A stretch of 64,000 nt of DNA from Lingula anatina. Lineage: Eukaryota; Animalia; Brachiopoda. The notes under the pieces were generated by a model. That model was not told where the DNA came from. It saw only the letters and a list, made by a program, of their open reading frames with translations, and made no database searches. Of the stretch, positions 25,230 to 38,690 are shown one piece after another. Positions within the stretch are counted from its first letter, which is position 1, and every line of letters starts with the position of its first letter. The stretch covers positions 71,774,788-71,838,787 of the forward strand of contig CM120640.1 of NCBI GenBank assembly GCA_051362555.1. Direction: 5' to 3'. Made by a program: the position numbers and the translations under genes.

Positions 25230-27760
25230 GTTAATTTCGAAAATCAGCATGGGGGGGGGGGTTCAAGCTGTGCTTTTTTCACCTTTTCCAGCATATTTCC
25301 AACACTGTTAACATATTTCCGATAGGCGTATTGTCATGAAACTCACAGAACTGTTGAATATTTATAAAACGCAGTTCGAAAATCAGTGTGATCTGGCCAA
25401 TTTTACAAAGTTGCTGTTTTTCCCTTTTCTCAGCATAATATTATATGCGATGCAACATTTTAAAGAGAACCGATAGGTCTATTTTCATGAAACTCACAGA
25501 ACTGATGAATATTAGTTAAACGCAGGTCAAGTTTGAAAATCTTCATAATGGGCTGCTTTTTTTTTTCAGAAAATTTGCTGTTGTTTTTGCTTTTTTCAGC
25601 ATACATGCAACACTGTAAACACAGTTCAAGGAGAAGCAATAGGTCTATTGTCATGAAACTCACAGAACTGATGATTATTAGTAAAAGGGTTGTCAAGATC
25701 AAAAATTGGCATATCCAGACCATTTTTGTCAAAAGTTATGCTGTTTTTTTTCTGCCATTTTCAGCATATAAGTAACACTGTAAGCACATTTCAGGGAGAA
25801 CCGATAGGCCTGTTGTCATTAAACTCACAGGAGTGATCAATGTTACCAATATACAAATCAAGTTTGAAAATAGGATTGATTGGTTGAGTTTTGTGGAAGT
25901 TGTGCCTTGTTTTGATATATATAAGTGGTTTTCCTCAGATTTGATTGTCAGGCATGTTGACAGTTTCGTTATTGAACTAACTAGATATGTAAATATGTTA
26001 GTGTTTGTCTGAAATTTTCTGCATCTTTACAACATTGCTAGTTGATTATATAAATATGACGGTAAACATGTTATCATGTACTGTGTAATACAGTGTCTCA
26101 AAATGGAGGCAATGGGGTGATTATTTTCAAAAGTTTTGCATTTTTTCTCCTTTTTTCATTGTACATGCAACACTGTAAACACATTTCAAGGAGAACCAAT
26201 AGGCCTCTTTTCATAAAACTCACAGAACTGATTATTATGAGTAAAAGAATGGTCAAGATTGAAAATCAGCATGACCAGGCCCTTTTCTTTCAAATTTTAT
26301 GCTGTTTTTTTTTTTCAGCATATAAGTAACACTGTAAGCACATTTCAGGGAGAACCGATAGGCCTGTTGTCATTAAACTCACAAGAGTGATCAATGTTAT
26401 CTATATACAAATCAAATTTAAAAATAAGATAGATTGGTTGAGTTCTGAGGGACTTCAGCTTTTATTTGTATATAAGTGGTTTTCCTCAGATTTGATTGTC
26501 AGGCATGTTGACAGTTTCGTTATTGAATTAACTAGATATGTAAATATGTTAGTGTTTCTCTGAAATTGTCTGCATCTTTACAACATTGCTAGTTGATTAT
26601 ATAAATATGACGGTAAACATGTTATCATGTACTGTGTAATACAGTGTCTCAAAATGGAGGAAATGGGGTGATTATTTTCAAAAGTTTTGCATTTTTTTCT
26701 CCTTTTTTCAGTGTACATGCAACACTGTTAACATATTTCAAGGAGAACCAATAAGCCTGTTTTCATGAAACTCAGAGAACTGATGATTATTAGTAAATTA
26801 AAAAGAATGATCAAGATTGAAAATCAGCATGACCAGGCCCTTTTCTTTCAAATGTTATGCTGGTTTTTTTTCAGCATATATGTAACACTGTAAGCACATT
26901 TCAAGGAGAACCAATAAGACTGTTTTCATAAAACTCACAGAACTGATGATTATTAGTAAAAGAATGGTCAAGATGAAAATCAGCATGACCAGGCCCTTTT
27001 CTTTCAAATGTTATGCTGTTTTTTTTAAGCATATAAGTAACACTGTAAGCACATTTCAGGAAGAACCAATAACTTAAAGCCTGTTTTCATGAAACTCACA
27101 GAACTGATTATTATGAGTAAAAGAATGGTCAAGATTGAAAATTAGCATGACCAGGCCCTTTTCTTTCAAATTTTATGCTGTTTTTTTTTTTTCAGCATAT
27201 AAGTAACACTGTAAGCACATTTCAGGGAGAACCGATAGGCCTGTTGTCATTAAACTCACAAGAGTGATCAATGTTATCTATATACAAATCAAATTTAAAA
27301 ATAAGATAGATTGGTTGAGTTCTGAGGGACTTCAGCTTTTATTTGTATATAAGTGGTTTTCCTCAGATTTGATTGTCAGGCATGTTGACAGTTTCGTTAT
27401 TGAATTAACTAGATATGTAAATATGTTAGTGTTTCTCTGAAATTGTCTGCATCTTTACAACATTGCTAGTTGATTATATAAATATGACGGTAAACATGTT
27501 ATCATGTACTGTGTAATACAGTGTCTCAAAATGGAGGAAATGGGGTGATTATTTTCAAAAGTTTTGCATTTTTTTCTCCTTTTTTCAGTGTACATGCAAC
27601 ACTGTTAACATATTTCAAGGAGAACCAATAAGCCTGTTTTCATGAAACTCACAGAACTGATGATTATTAGTAAAAGAATGGTCAAGATTGAAAATCAGCA
27701 AGACCAGGCCCTTTTCTTTCAAATGTTATGCTGTTTTTTTTTTGTTTTTTTTTCAGCACT
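25230..27760. repeat. Complex satellite: ~165-bp subunits organised in 540-900-bp higher-order duplications
   Basis: AAACTCACAGAACTG and AAAATCAGCATG recur. Blocks ~25770-26320, 26320-26880 and 27195-27750 are nearly identical. Related in reverse orientation to 48950-49770. Confidence 0.85.
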
Positions 27761-28906
27761 TTCAAATTTTAAAATCATTTTCACTTTGCACTCGCATTTT
27801 AAAATGACTTTAAAATGCTTTTTAAATAACTTTTAAAATGCGTTTTATTTTGGATTTGAATTTAATTTGTCTTTGCTGTATTTAAATGACTTTTAAAATG
27901 TTTTCAGTGAAAAGTTTTATTTTTCATGTGAATTTCATTTTTCTTTGCACTTTAAAAATACTTTTAAAATGTTTTATCAATGAAATTTTATTTTTGGTTT
28001 GTTTTTGTTTGCAATTTATTTTTTTTTTAGAAAAAAAAATGATAAGCAAATCAAATTAATCTATATTTTAAATTATGAAATTTAAAACATGTATGTGGAA
28101 AAAACATCTGTATTCCATAAAAACAATATGGCAGCGACGGGCCACCATATGCTACCAAAGGAGTCGACTTTTATAGGGGTAGCTTTAAGACCAGATCAGG
28201 GAAAGAAATCAAAGTCAAATGTCTTTGGAATAAATTAAGTATGAGAGCATGTTTTAAATGTAAAATGTATTCCCTTATTGCTTATGAATGTTGACAACTA
28301 AGATTCTGCTATGTGGTAAATAGAAAGTATAAACAATAATGAATAGTAATTAAAATGGATAGTGGCACTTTATTTATATCAGCTGTTTAGTGAAAAGTTA
28401 GTAAGTATATAGAATAAGATATAGAGTTTAAGATGAGTACATGTGCGAGGTCACATGATATTAATTTAGCTTGCATAGAAGATAGACAAATTAACAGACA
28501 CTTATTTTGTTTATTTCTATTTCAGTTTTCATGTAGTTGTTGTTTCACATAGTTGATGTTGTAGTCAAGACAAATTGTCACAGATGCAACCAGTTGTTGC
28601 TGTAAGCAAGCATATATCATCACCAGCAACTGTTTGCAATCTTCACTGGTTATTGAAAGCAGAAACTGTCACCAGTTGTTGTATTCAGAACTTGACACCA
28701 GTTGTTACAGTACAGTTGTTTTACTTTAAACTGTCATCAACGTGAGTTGATTTGAGTTAGAAAACACCTGCAACAGTGAAAACTCGGAGAAATCTAAAGG
28801 AACTGAGACTAAATGAACATAGAGGACTGAAATAGTTTCAAGGGTTCTTTTTAAACGAACATTCCTATTGTCCTCTCGGGACATTCAGGATAAAGTGAGA
28901 ATACTA

Positions 28907-31900
28907 CGGTAAAGTGCCATGAATTTCGAACGGCTCTTGAATTTCGAACGATCTTAAAATCGGCCGTCTGGAGTTTTTTCTGGACCATGAATTTTGGCCA
29001 GTAAGCAATTTTGCGCGATCTTGATTTCGTGAATTTCGTACACCTTAAAATCGGCCACCGGGCTATTCTCGCGCTTATAAAGATCTAACAGTCGGCAATG
29101 TTGCCCTAGCTTACCTTTACCTGAGTACTACGTGTGCGGCCCAAGGTGCAAGATAACGATCAGTACAGTTAGTTTAGGATGCTAAACAACATCGTCATAT
29201 CCATTCAGATAACAGGAGAATCTATTAAGAGTTGTACTGTCGGGCTGTTGTTTCTTTACCGCAGTATTCGGTGTGAGATAGCGATCGGTAGTTTTGCTGA
29301 GGCGCACAATAGCATTGTTAACAGTAAAGACTTCAGTAACAGAACAAAAGAGCAATATTAAGAGCTGCAATAAAGATTACCATTATTGCTTTCTTGTCTC
29401 GCTCAGATCGTTCACGATCTCCCGCTGACGATCTTCCGCTAAAGAAATCCCTTGAAATGTACAAATGAAATGAAAAATATTTTTAAAAATTATAAATTCC
29501 AATGGGGAGGGATGGAGGGTTAAAAACAATCGAGAACGATCTCCGGCTGACGATCTGCCGCAAACGAAAGCCACTGAACGAGTATGAGCTTTCTCGTTTC
29601 ACTCGGATTGCGACGCTGACGATACGAAAATTGCGTTCTCGTCTCGCCCTTTGGCTTACGAAGTCTCTTTAACAAATATGAAAATTGCCTCCTGGTCTCT
29701 CTCGGATTGCGAACGATCTCGCTGAATTTTGAAATTTTCCTTTTTGTCAATCAGCTTTGTCAATTGCCGTGCGTATGAAGGTCCGGAAGGTGTCCCCTTT
29801 CACAAATTGGCCTGTAGTTTGCTTAGTGTATTGTAACGCATGAAGGTCACTCTTGTCACTGCTGCATACGGCGTGGAATGTGTATCTTAAAGTTCATAGA
29901 AACATTTTATTGTGTTTTGTAAGCTTTAGGAAGTAGTTTCGTCGTGACTGAATATCAGCGTACACTACAAAGTAGTACCATTCATCTGTGACGCATCATA
30001 AAAGCTAGGTACGTCAAATTACTCTAAGAAAATTTCTTACAACGTCCACGGCTGTCCCGACAAGCCAAGACGTCATTAAAAAAAAGTCGAAAACCATCTT
30101 TGAAAATATAGGCCGTCCGGTGATGTCAGCGGCCGTCCAAATGACGGCTGGACGGTTCGCTGGGAAAAGCCTTGCTCATAAGGGTATATTTATTTAACTA
30201 GGGGCTTACTGACATCACCCAACTTACATGCGGGTGCATGCCTCTCAAAATTATATTAAAGGATAAAAATATAATATATCTAAGTTTAATTGTTTGTAAA
30301 TTTTGTAAAAATTGCCCATGCCACCCCGTTAGTTTGGAGGGTTAAACTGGATCAAGTCCGTGTCAAAATTCTTTGAAACTTTGCAGGAAAAATCAATCTT
30401 CCTTTGTTTCTCTGGCTCCTTGTTTAGCCCGCTGATCAGATTTATCTAGTGCCCCCAGGTCTGCTGGAGCAGCTCTTTGAAAATAACACACAGGTAGATT
30501 TTTATCTGAGATAAATATCGCGTTCGATACACTCAAGACAAAAGCTACCTGTGAGCTGAAGGGCACTTTACCCTCTAATTAAGAGGTAAAGCAATTTCCA
30601 GCTAGATGGACGATTAAGATCGGACTTCAGATGGTAACTAGTATTGTTTACCTCAGTTCCGTGAAAGCAAACGAGAAGGGTGTCAGAACAATGGTGCATA
30701 TATAAATTATACAGAGAATTTGTACATTCAGGTGACATTAACTTATAATCGAAGGTGATTTTCGATAATATTCCTTGAAAAGTACACTAGATTTATAGAG
30801 AATAATATCATGGTTGGCCAAAAAATTATATACGCACAGTGTATCCGTGCGTATGCCTGGTTACGCCCCTGTCGCAAACCAGCAAACCATATCCTGCTGA
30901 CTACATGAAAATTGCCTTCTAGCATGGACAAAAAGTCCAAGCTTCTATGCTTGCTCGGATCGCTGACGATCTCTTGCTGACGAATATAGTAACGAAGTCC
31001 CTTGAACTAGTGTGGAAATTGACTTATTGTCGCGCTCAGATCGCTCACTATCTCCCATTGACGATCTTCCAGTCCCTTGAATGAATATAAAAACTGCCTT
31101 TTCGGTTTACTCTAGATTACCTATCTCTCGCGTTTGTTTGAAGATGGTTTCAATGACAAAACATACACGCTTTTCAAAATCGCACATTGACGCAACTATG
31201 CGCCAGGAAATCAGTTGCTGCTGCTGGTTAAGATTGGGTTGCCTGAGCGAAAAAAAAAAAAACGGCCCTGCACCCCCCCCCCCCCCCCAATCAGCGGTCA
31301 TCTTGGTCGCAGCGCACGACGGAGAGAGACCGTAATACACAGTTCGGCTGCCGTGGCGAAGGCTACCTGTGCGCCGCACATACCGATCTGCGGTCGTAGT
31401 GGCTTCCCCGCACGGAGGAGAGGCCGTAGTGCCGAAGCCGGCTTCTGCAGGGAAGGCTACGTATGCGTCAGAGACACCGACCCGTGAACGGCGAAATGAG
31501 GACGCATTCGCGCGTAAAGCTCCTGGTCGCGGAAGACACTTATCGCAGATGAAGGCTACCTGCACGTGCGCCATAGACACTGATCGGCTGTCATCTCGGT
31601 TTCAGTGCACGGAAAGGAGCAACGGTAATACTAAGCTTCCATAGTAAGGGTTATCTGGCCGTGGCAGACGCTAATCGTCTGCCGTCTCTCCCTCCGTCCA
31701 CTCCCGTTCTGAGCGCCAGGATCGTTTTTGAAAAACGACACTAGTTTCTGGCTGCCAGAATCGCTTTTGAAAAACGACACTACTGATAACGATGCTGTTT
31801 TGCGGCCCTAGACAACAGTACCGCTCTATCTATGGGCCATACACAGTGATCGGGTGAAAGTACGTGTATACCTTTGGTCGCAATTACCGACACTCACACA

Positions 31901-32111
31901 TCATACATTATGGTAACTCTAAATAGATCGTCGGGAGAAGATAACAGAAGGCCTAGCGACGAACAGACAACTTCCTGTCAAAATTGACAGAATTCCATGA
32001 AATTCGAACTTTCGGAAGTTCTGAGCACCTCCATTTCATGAATTTTGGCCAGAACGATCTTTTCCCAAATTTAATTATTTTCTACTGTTCGAAATTCATG
32101 GCACATTACCG
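28907..32111. mobile_element. Non-autonomous TIR DNA transposon (Tc1/mariner-pogo type), ~3.2 kb, TA TSD
   Basis: TA|CGGTAAAGTGCCATGAATTTCGAAC ... GTTCGAAATTCATGGCACATTACCG|TA; no transposase ORF; GC-rich interior with internal repeats and nested fragments. Confidence 0.8.
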
Positions 32112-32674
32112 TAGGCCTTCTAGAGTCATTACGCGGTTGACCTTCATAGAAGTCGTCTGTAAAATGCAGCTACTTACAGTTAGTCCAAGTGTACAGACAG
32201 TTGATTGCTATGATACAAGCAGTTTATTAGAATTTCAGAGGATTGCAGGGTATACTGTAATCACAAGTACCTATATTGTTTGAAAAATAATACTTAGACA
32301 ATTTCCAGTGAGTTTTAGGCACATGATATCATGTAGTGATATTACATTAAGGTGAAATACCCTTTAATCACGTGCCTGTATTGTTTGTGAAACAAAACTT
32401 TGACATTTTCAACAAAAGGCACGTAATATCATGTTGTAATATTACATGTCATTTATGTGAAACATCTTTGACAAGTTACAGGGACTTGTCAGCCTAACTG
32501 TATTGAAACGAGTTTCAAGAATGAAGGAGTTTGTGCAAGAAAACGTCCGTCTCACAAAGAGTATTCTGGAAAAAATGGAACGTGTTTCTGAAGCGCATGT
32601 TTCATCAAATTCTCTCGTAGAAGAGAGGATAGAGGCTGGTAAACAGGGTGAGACAAGCGGTAATCATGAGTTTT

Positions 32675-33170
32675 AGACACTTCTTGTTATGGTAACATAT
32701 CTAGCTAAATTTGCCCCTAACCTGTCAGTGGTTACTAGCCCCCTTCACAAGCTACTTGCGAAAGATGTGATTGTTCACTGGAATAATGACCATGAGAAAG
32801 CTCTCAGTAAAGTAAAAGAGATCATCATCGAGACCCCTACATTAGCGTATTTTGACCCCAGCCAGGTCACTACTCTACAGACTGGTGTCTAGGTGCTGCA
32901 CTATTGCAGGATGGGAAGCCTATAGCATATGTGTCCAAAGCTCTGAATGCTTCAGAAATTAACTATGCCCAGATAGAAAAAGAGATGTTTGGTATAGTTT
33001 TCGGGCGCAAGAGATTTAATCAGTATGTTTATGGCTGTAAAATAGTAGTAGAAACAGACCACAAGCCCTTGATACCTATATTCAAGAAGCCCTTGAATAC
33101 AGCTCCTCCATGCTTACAGAAAATGCTGTTACAGCTACAGCGATATAATCTTGAGGTGATTTACAAATGA
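32675..33170 (+). mobile_element. Gypsy (Mag-like) RT-connection/RNase H fragment, pseudogene
   Basis: YLAKFAPNLS, LAYFDP, QDGKPIAYVSKAL, YAQIEKEM, ETDHKPL, LQLQRY. Confidence 0.85.
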
Positions 33171-33787
33171 GGTACAAGTCAGGTGAGGAAACAAGTTCAT
33201 AAGGTGGGGAATTTGAGATGCGCAGATTGGGCAGTAGTATAAAAGGAATCATGAGCCAGAGAAAGTTGTATCAGTAGTTTGAAATCCATCATTGATCAAA
33301 TTTACCAAATAACTGATGTTGATACTCTGACTGCTTATGATGGAAAACTGAGTGAGATGCTTTTTGACCTCTGTAGCAGAACACCTACCGTAAATTCCTT
33401 ACCAAAGAAGAGAAAATCTCTGAAAAAAAGGATCTCTGATCCAAAAAAGAAGAGATATGGTGCTATACCATTTGCATCATACGGTCGAAAGAAGAACAAG
33501 TTTTCATCCCGGTTTGGTTCACATGCTGAAATTATGAAATGAAGTTACAAGGTTGATGTCCCACTTTCTTCCAAACAGAAAACAACTGCAATAGTTACGA
33601 GACCAAAACCAAAAAATGTAGTGACAACAAATGAAGAAAAGATATGGTTGCAGATTGGCAGGACTACCCTCTATGATATAGACTACCACACACTGACCTA
33701 CAAGAATGGGTGGCTGAACGACAAGCATATTGACGCAGCACAGCAGTTCATGAGAGTACAAATAAAACTTTATTTTGTCATAACAAA

Positions 33788-33802
33788 TGGGGGCTCGTCC
33801 GG
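33788..33802 (+). other. Primer-binding site complementary to tRNA-Pro 3' end
   Basis: TGGGGGCTCGTCCGG, 2 nt after the LTR CA; matches the first 15 nt of the canonical tRNA-Pro PBS. Confidence 0.85.
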
Positions 33803-35279
33803 AAAATGAATATCAATATAAAGCCATGCCTTTTGGTATGAAGAACAGTGGGGCCACCTTTATGAGGTTGATAAATAACTCTCTGAATGGATTGGAGGGT
33901 GTAGATGCATATATAGATGATATTGTTATCTATAGCAATACATGGGAAAGTCATTTTAGCAAATTGCATGAAGTCTTCAAAAGACTTAAAGAGGCAAACT
34001 TAACCATGAATTTGGCCAAATGTGAGTTTGTCCAAGCTAGAGTCACTTATTTAGGACATGTTGTTGGTCAAGGCATGGTCTTACCCATGAATGCAAAAAT
34101 AAAAAGCATTAGAGAATTTCCTCTTCCACAGAATAAGAAAGAGTTGATAAGATTCTTAGGAATGACAGGATACTACAGAAGATTTTGTAAAAATTTTTCT
34201 GATGTCGCAGCACCACTCACAAATTTGCTTAAGAATAAGAAAGATGTGAAGTTCAAATGGTCTGATGAATGCAATAGTGCATTCAATACAATTAAGTATA
34301 TGCTGTGTAGTAGCCCAGTGTTAAAAGCACCAGAGCACCAGATTTTAGTCAGCCTTTTCATCTGGCTGTTGATGCAAGTGATATAGGAGCAGGATCAGTG
34401 TTGTTGCAGTATGATGAAAACAGTATTCCACATCCAGTGGCTTACTTTTCAAAAAAATTTACCAAGTATCAGGAAAGTTATTCCACCATAGAAAAAGAAA
34501 CTTTAGCTTTGATATTGTCCTTAGAACATTTTGAGGTGTACATTGCTTCAACAAATCAAACTGTGATTATTCATACAGACCATAATCCAATCACATTTTT
34601 GAATAAAATGAAAAACAAGAACAGGAGGCTGTTGCGTTGGAGTTTGACAATACAAATGTACAATTTAGAAATAAGGCACATTAAAGGTAAAGATAACAAC
34701 ATGGCAGATGCATTATCAAGATCAATTTGAACACTATAGATGAATGTATAAGGATTTGCAGTTATTGTATATCTTAGTATATTTCATGAAGTATAACATG
34801 AATGTAGATATAAGTTAACATATATAAGTATACAATATTAATTAATTAAAATATTGTTATTGTGCTGTACGCGTTCAACTATATTTACCTTGTTTATGTT
34901 AGTTGTGACATACTGGTATCCCAGTAGGGCCGTATTGAATCTTTTTAAATTTGAGGTAGAAAAACCAACCAGTTCTCGAGAGCACACTTCTTTTCACTCT
35001 GTCGACCCCTTAGATTCGGTCCAAAACGTGCATGTTTAAAGAGTTTGTTTCTATATCACACTGGTCTCGTGGATGTTATTTGCGGTCAAAGCATAACGTG
35101 AGTGTTATTTGGTAGACTAACAAGTTTTCTTTACAGTGTTAGACGTAGTATAATTTTTAATTTGTTATTCATTGTTCCCATATATTGTTCTATAAGCGTA
35201 GTTAGTGTAATTAGTCTATTTATTTTCTTTCCAGTTTTTTACAAAATAAAGAATTTAGCCCATTTTCTGGCGTCACAGT

Positions 35280-35337
<58 letters not shown>

Positions 35338-35432
35338 AAGAGGGAGGGTATGTAACAAGCCTAGATTGTGTTTCCATATGCTATTAAGTGAATGTATATT
35401 TAGCATATATTAAGATAGTTAAAATATTGATT

Positions 35433-38400
35433 AACTAGAGGATCAGAGAGGCGATACCGCCTCCGAATATTGTACCACCAGCTGGAGCAAGCGCATTCGT
35501 ATAGACCCCCACATACACAAAATAAGGGGTGCAGCCACCAGTCTTGTGCTTGACAAGCTGTAAAAATGCAATCAACAAGAATTTTCAAAATATGCAAAAA
35601 ATATATATAACTAAAAATGGTGCAATCAAAGTTAAGTTCATTGTAAGGTAGGTCAAAGGTCAATTTCAAGGTCACAGTAAATTGCCAGTATATGACTTCC
35701 TATCCAACTTCAATAGTAACTATGGACCTATCTCTGCCAGTTTTGGAGATAAAAGGGAAGCAAAATTTGCAAAGTTCAGTTCATGGTGAAAAGTAGGTCA
35801 AAGGTCAATTTCAAGGTCACAGTAAGATTGCCAGTATATGACTTCCTATTCAACTTCAATAGTAACTATGGACCTATCTCTGCCAGTTTTGGAGATAAAA
35901 GGGAAGCAAAATTTGCAAAGTTCAGTTCATGGTGAAAAGTAGGTCAAAGGTCAATTTCAAGGTCACATTTAGATTGCCAGTATATGACTTCCTATTCAAC
36001 TTCAATAGTAACTATGGACCTATCTCTGCCAGTTTTGGAGATAAAAGGGAAGCAAAATTTGCAAAGTTCAGTTCATGGTGAAAAGAAGGTCAAAGGTCAA
36101 TTTCAAGGTCACAGTAAAATTGCCAGTATATGACTTCCTATGCAAGTTCAATAGTAACTATGGACCTATCTCTGCCAGTTTTGGAGATAAAAGGGAAGCA
36201 AATTTTGCAAAGTTCAGTTCAAGGTGAAAAGTAGGTCAAAGGTCAATTTCAAGGTCACAGTAAAATTGCCAGTATATGACTTCCTATTCAAGTTCAATAG
36301 TAACTATGGACCTATCTCTGCCAGTTTTGGAGATAAAAGGGAAGCAAAATTTGCAAAGTTCAGTTCATGGTGATAAGTAGGTCAAAGGTCAATTTCAAGG
36401 TCACAGTAAGATTGCCAGTATATGACTTCCTATTCAACTTCAATAGTAACTATGGACCTATCTCTGCCAGTTTTGGAGATAAAAGGGAAGCAAAATTTGC
36501 AAAGTTCAGTTCATGGTGAAAAGTAGGTCAAAGGTCAATGTCAAGGTCACAGTAAGATTGCCAGTATATGACTTCCTATTCAACTTCAATAGTAACTATG
36601 GACCTATCTCTGCCAGTTTTGGAGATATAAGGGACTAAATGTTATAATTTTGGAGTTACCATAATGTGCCATAAATTTCCTACAGAAAAATTTTAATTAA
36701 AATAAAGAAAAGGTCATTTTGGTCAAAGTTCTTGAAATGGGAGGTTCTCTGAAGTTGCAGAAGTTTAAATTTGATAAAATAATGTCATTTTTGACCACAA
36801 GTTGTCTGCTTTGCCAAGCATTATGTTTTATTTTTCCGGAGTTCAAAATTTATTATCCATTACCGTACTGCACATTTTTACGGAAGCCGACTGGTGCCAT
36901 ATGTTGAAAAAAAAAATTATCTCGAAATTTTGAGATAGCATTTTTTTTGTTCAAATTTCAAAATACTATCTCGAAATTTCGAGATAAATTTTTTTGCTCA
37001 AATATCAAAATGCTATCTCGAAATTTCGAGATAAAAATTTTTTTTGTTCAAATTTCAAAATGCTATCTCGAAATTTCGAGATAATTTTTTTTCTACATAT
37101 GGCACCAGTCGGCTTCCGTACATTTTCCTTTCACCACCGATATGTACTTTCTGATACAACATAACTCGAAAACCGTATGGAATACAAAAAAACCGAGACC
37201 ACCTCCAGTGTTGGGCATTAACGGTTCCCGAATTAGAGACAGTTTTCAGTTTCGGTATCTTATGGCCGCTACTCCTGTGAAAATGCACCGATTGACCCCA
37301 AATTCACGGAGATGAAAGATGACCTGAAGGGTAACACTTTCCAATAATATTATTGGTTAAGTCTGTGTGGCGTCTGAATAACAGGGCAAAAAAAATTTTT
37401 TTCGTAAAAAATTTCATTTTTTTGAAAATTTTGACCCATTTGACCTTGAAGTAAAGGTCAAAGGTCAAATCCGAGGGTATATTTGAAATCTACACATATG
37501 ACTTTTGGAAAGCCGTCTATAGAAATTTTTCCCGTAACTCCTTCTGTAGGGTAGATAATTAGCATTTAATTTTGCCATTTTTAGACAAGGGTGCATTGCA
37601 ATGAGTGCCACACCCAGACCCCAATACCGACAAAGCCCAAATTTTACGTGGAACGAGTTGAGATTATAGGTGACCTAAATCCATGAGATGGGTACGGGGG
37701 CCCTTACCGTCTAGGAGGAGAAGCGGTAACGGTAACATGGCGGCGGAGCCGGCGGAACGGACCGGACGGGACCGAAACCATGTGTACCGCCAGCGCTAAC
37801 GCTGGTGGTAAATTTTTTTGTTCAAATTTCAAAATAGTATCTCGAAATTTCGAGATAATTTTTTTTTCTACATATGGCACCAGTGGGCTTCCGTACATTT
37901 TCCTTTCACCACCAATATGTACTTTTTGATACAGCGTAACTCGAAAACCGTATGGAATACAAAAAAACCGAGACCACCTCCAGTGTTGGGCTTTACATGA
38001 TCTACAAAATGCAAAAAAGAATGGGTCTCTAGCATTAACGGTTCCCGAATTAGAGACAGTTTTCAGTTTCGGTATCTTATGGCCGCTACTCCTGTGAAAA
38101 TGCACCGATTGACCCCAAATTCACGGAGATGAAAGATGACCTGAAGGGTAACACTTTCCAATAATATTATTGGTTAAGTCTGTGTGGTGTCTGAATAACA
38201 GGGCAAAAAAAATTTTTTTCGTAAAAAATTTCATTTTTTTGAAAATTTTGGCCCATTTGACCTTGAAGTAAAGGTCAAAGGTCAAATCCGAGGGTATATT
38301 TGAAATCTACACATATGACTTTTGGAAAGCCGTCTGTAGAAATTTTTCCCGTAACTCCTTCCGTAGGGTAGATAATTAGCATTTAATTTTGCCATTTTTG

Positions 38401-38639
38401 GACAAGGGTGCATTGCAATGAGTGCCACACCCAGACCCCAATACCGACAAAGCCCAAATTTTACGTGGAACGAGTTGAGATTATAGGTGACCTAAATCCA
38501 TGAGATGGGTATGGGGGGCCTTACCGTCTAGGAGGAGAAGCGGTAACGGTAGCCGTCCGGCGGAGCCGGCGGAGCCGGCGGAACGATCCGGACGAGACCG
38601 AAACCATGTGTACCGCCAGCGCTAACGCTGGTGGTACAA
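35433..38639 (-). mobile_element. Helentron-associated non-autonomous element (HINE) with ~7 x 146-bp satellite and a duplicated terminal module
   Basis: Minus strand: 5' hairpin GTACCACCAGCG-TTAG-CGCTGGCGGTAC, GC-rich microsatellite, 146-bp array 35630-36630, subTIR GCTGGTGGTACAAT, hairpin GAGGCGGTATCGCCTC, terminal CTAGTT; no TSD. ~37045-37810 is duplicated as 37811-38639. Confidence 0.85.
36879..37120. mobile_element. Foldback MITE nested in the HINE, filled with TATCTCGAAATTTCGAGATA palindromes
   Basis: TIR TACGGAAGCCGACTGGTGCCATATGT / ACATATGGCACCAGTCGGCTTCCGTA; four ~46-50-bp internal units; absent from the sister HINE. Confidence 0.75.
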
Positions 38640-38690
38640 TTAAATATTAATGTATTCTTGTGTAAGTGTAATTCTTTAAGGGGGAGGGTA

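Noticed and set aside
28100-28900. Possible LTR and PBS-like motifs (TGGCAGCGACGG; GCAACA-GTGAAAA)
   Set aside because: No second LTR, TSD or adjacent gag could be established by eye.
31081-31644. Overlapping ORFs on both strands
   Set aside because: GC-rich non-coding interior of the TIR element; no recognisable motifs.
33787-34386. ATG-initiated RT ORF as a functional gene
   Set aside because: The ATG lies within the PBS at a deletion junction; the RT N-terminus is missing and a frameshift follows near 34340.
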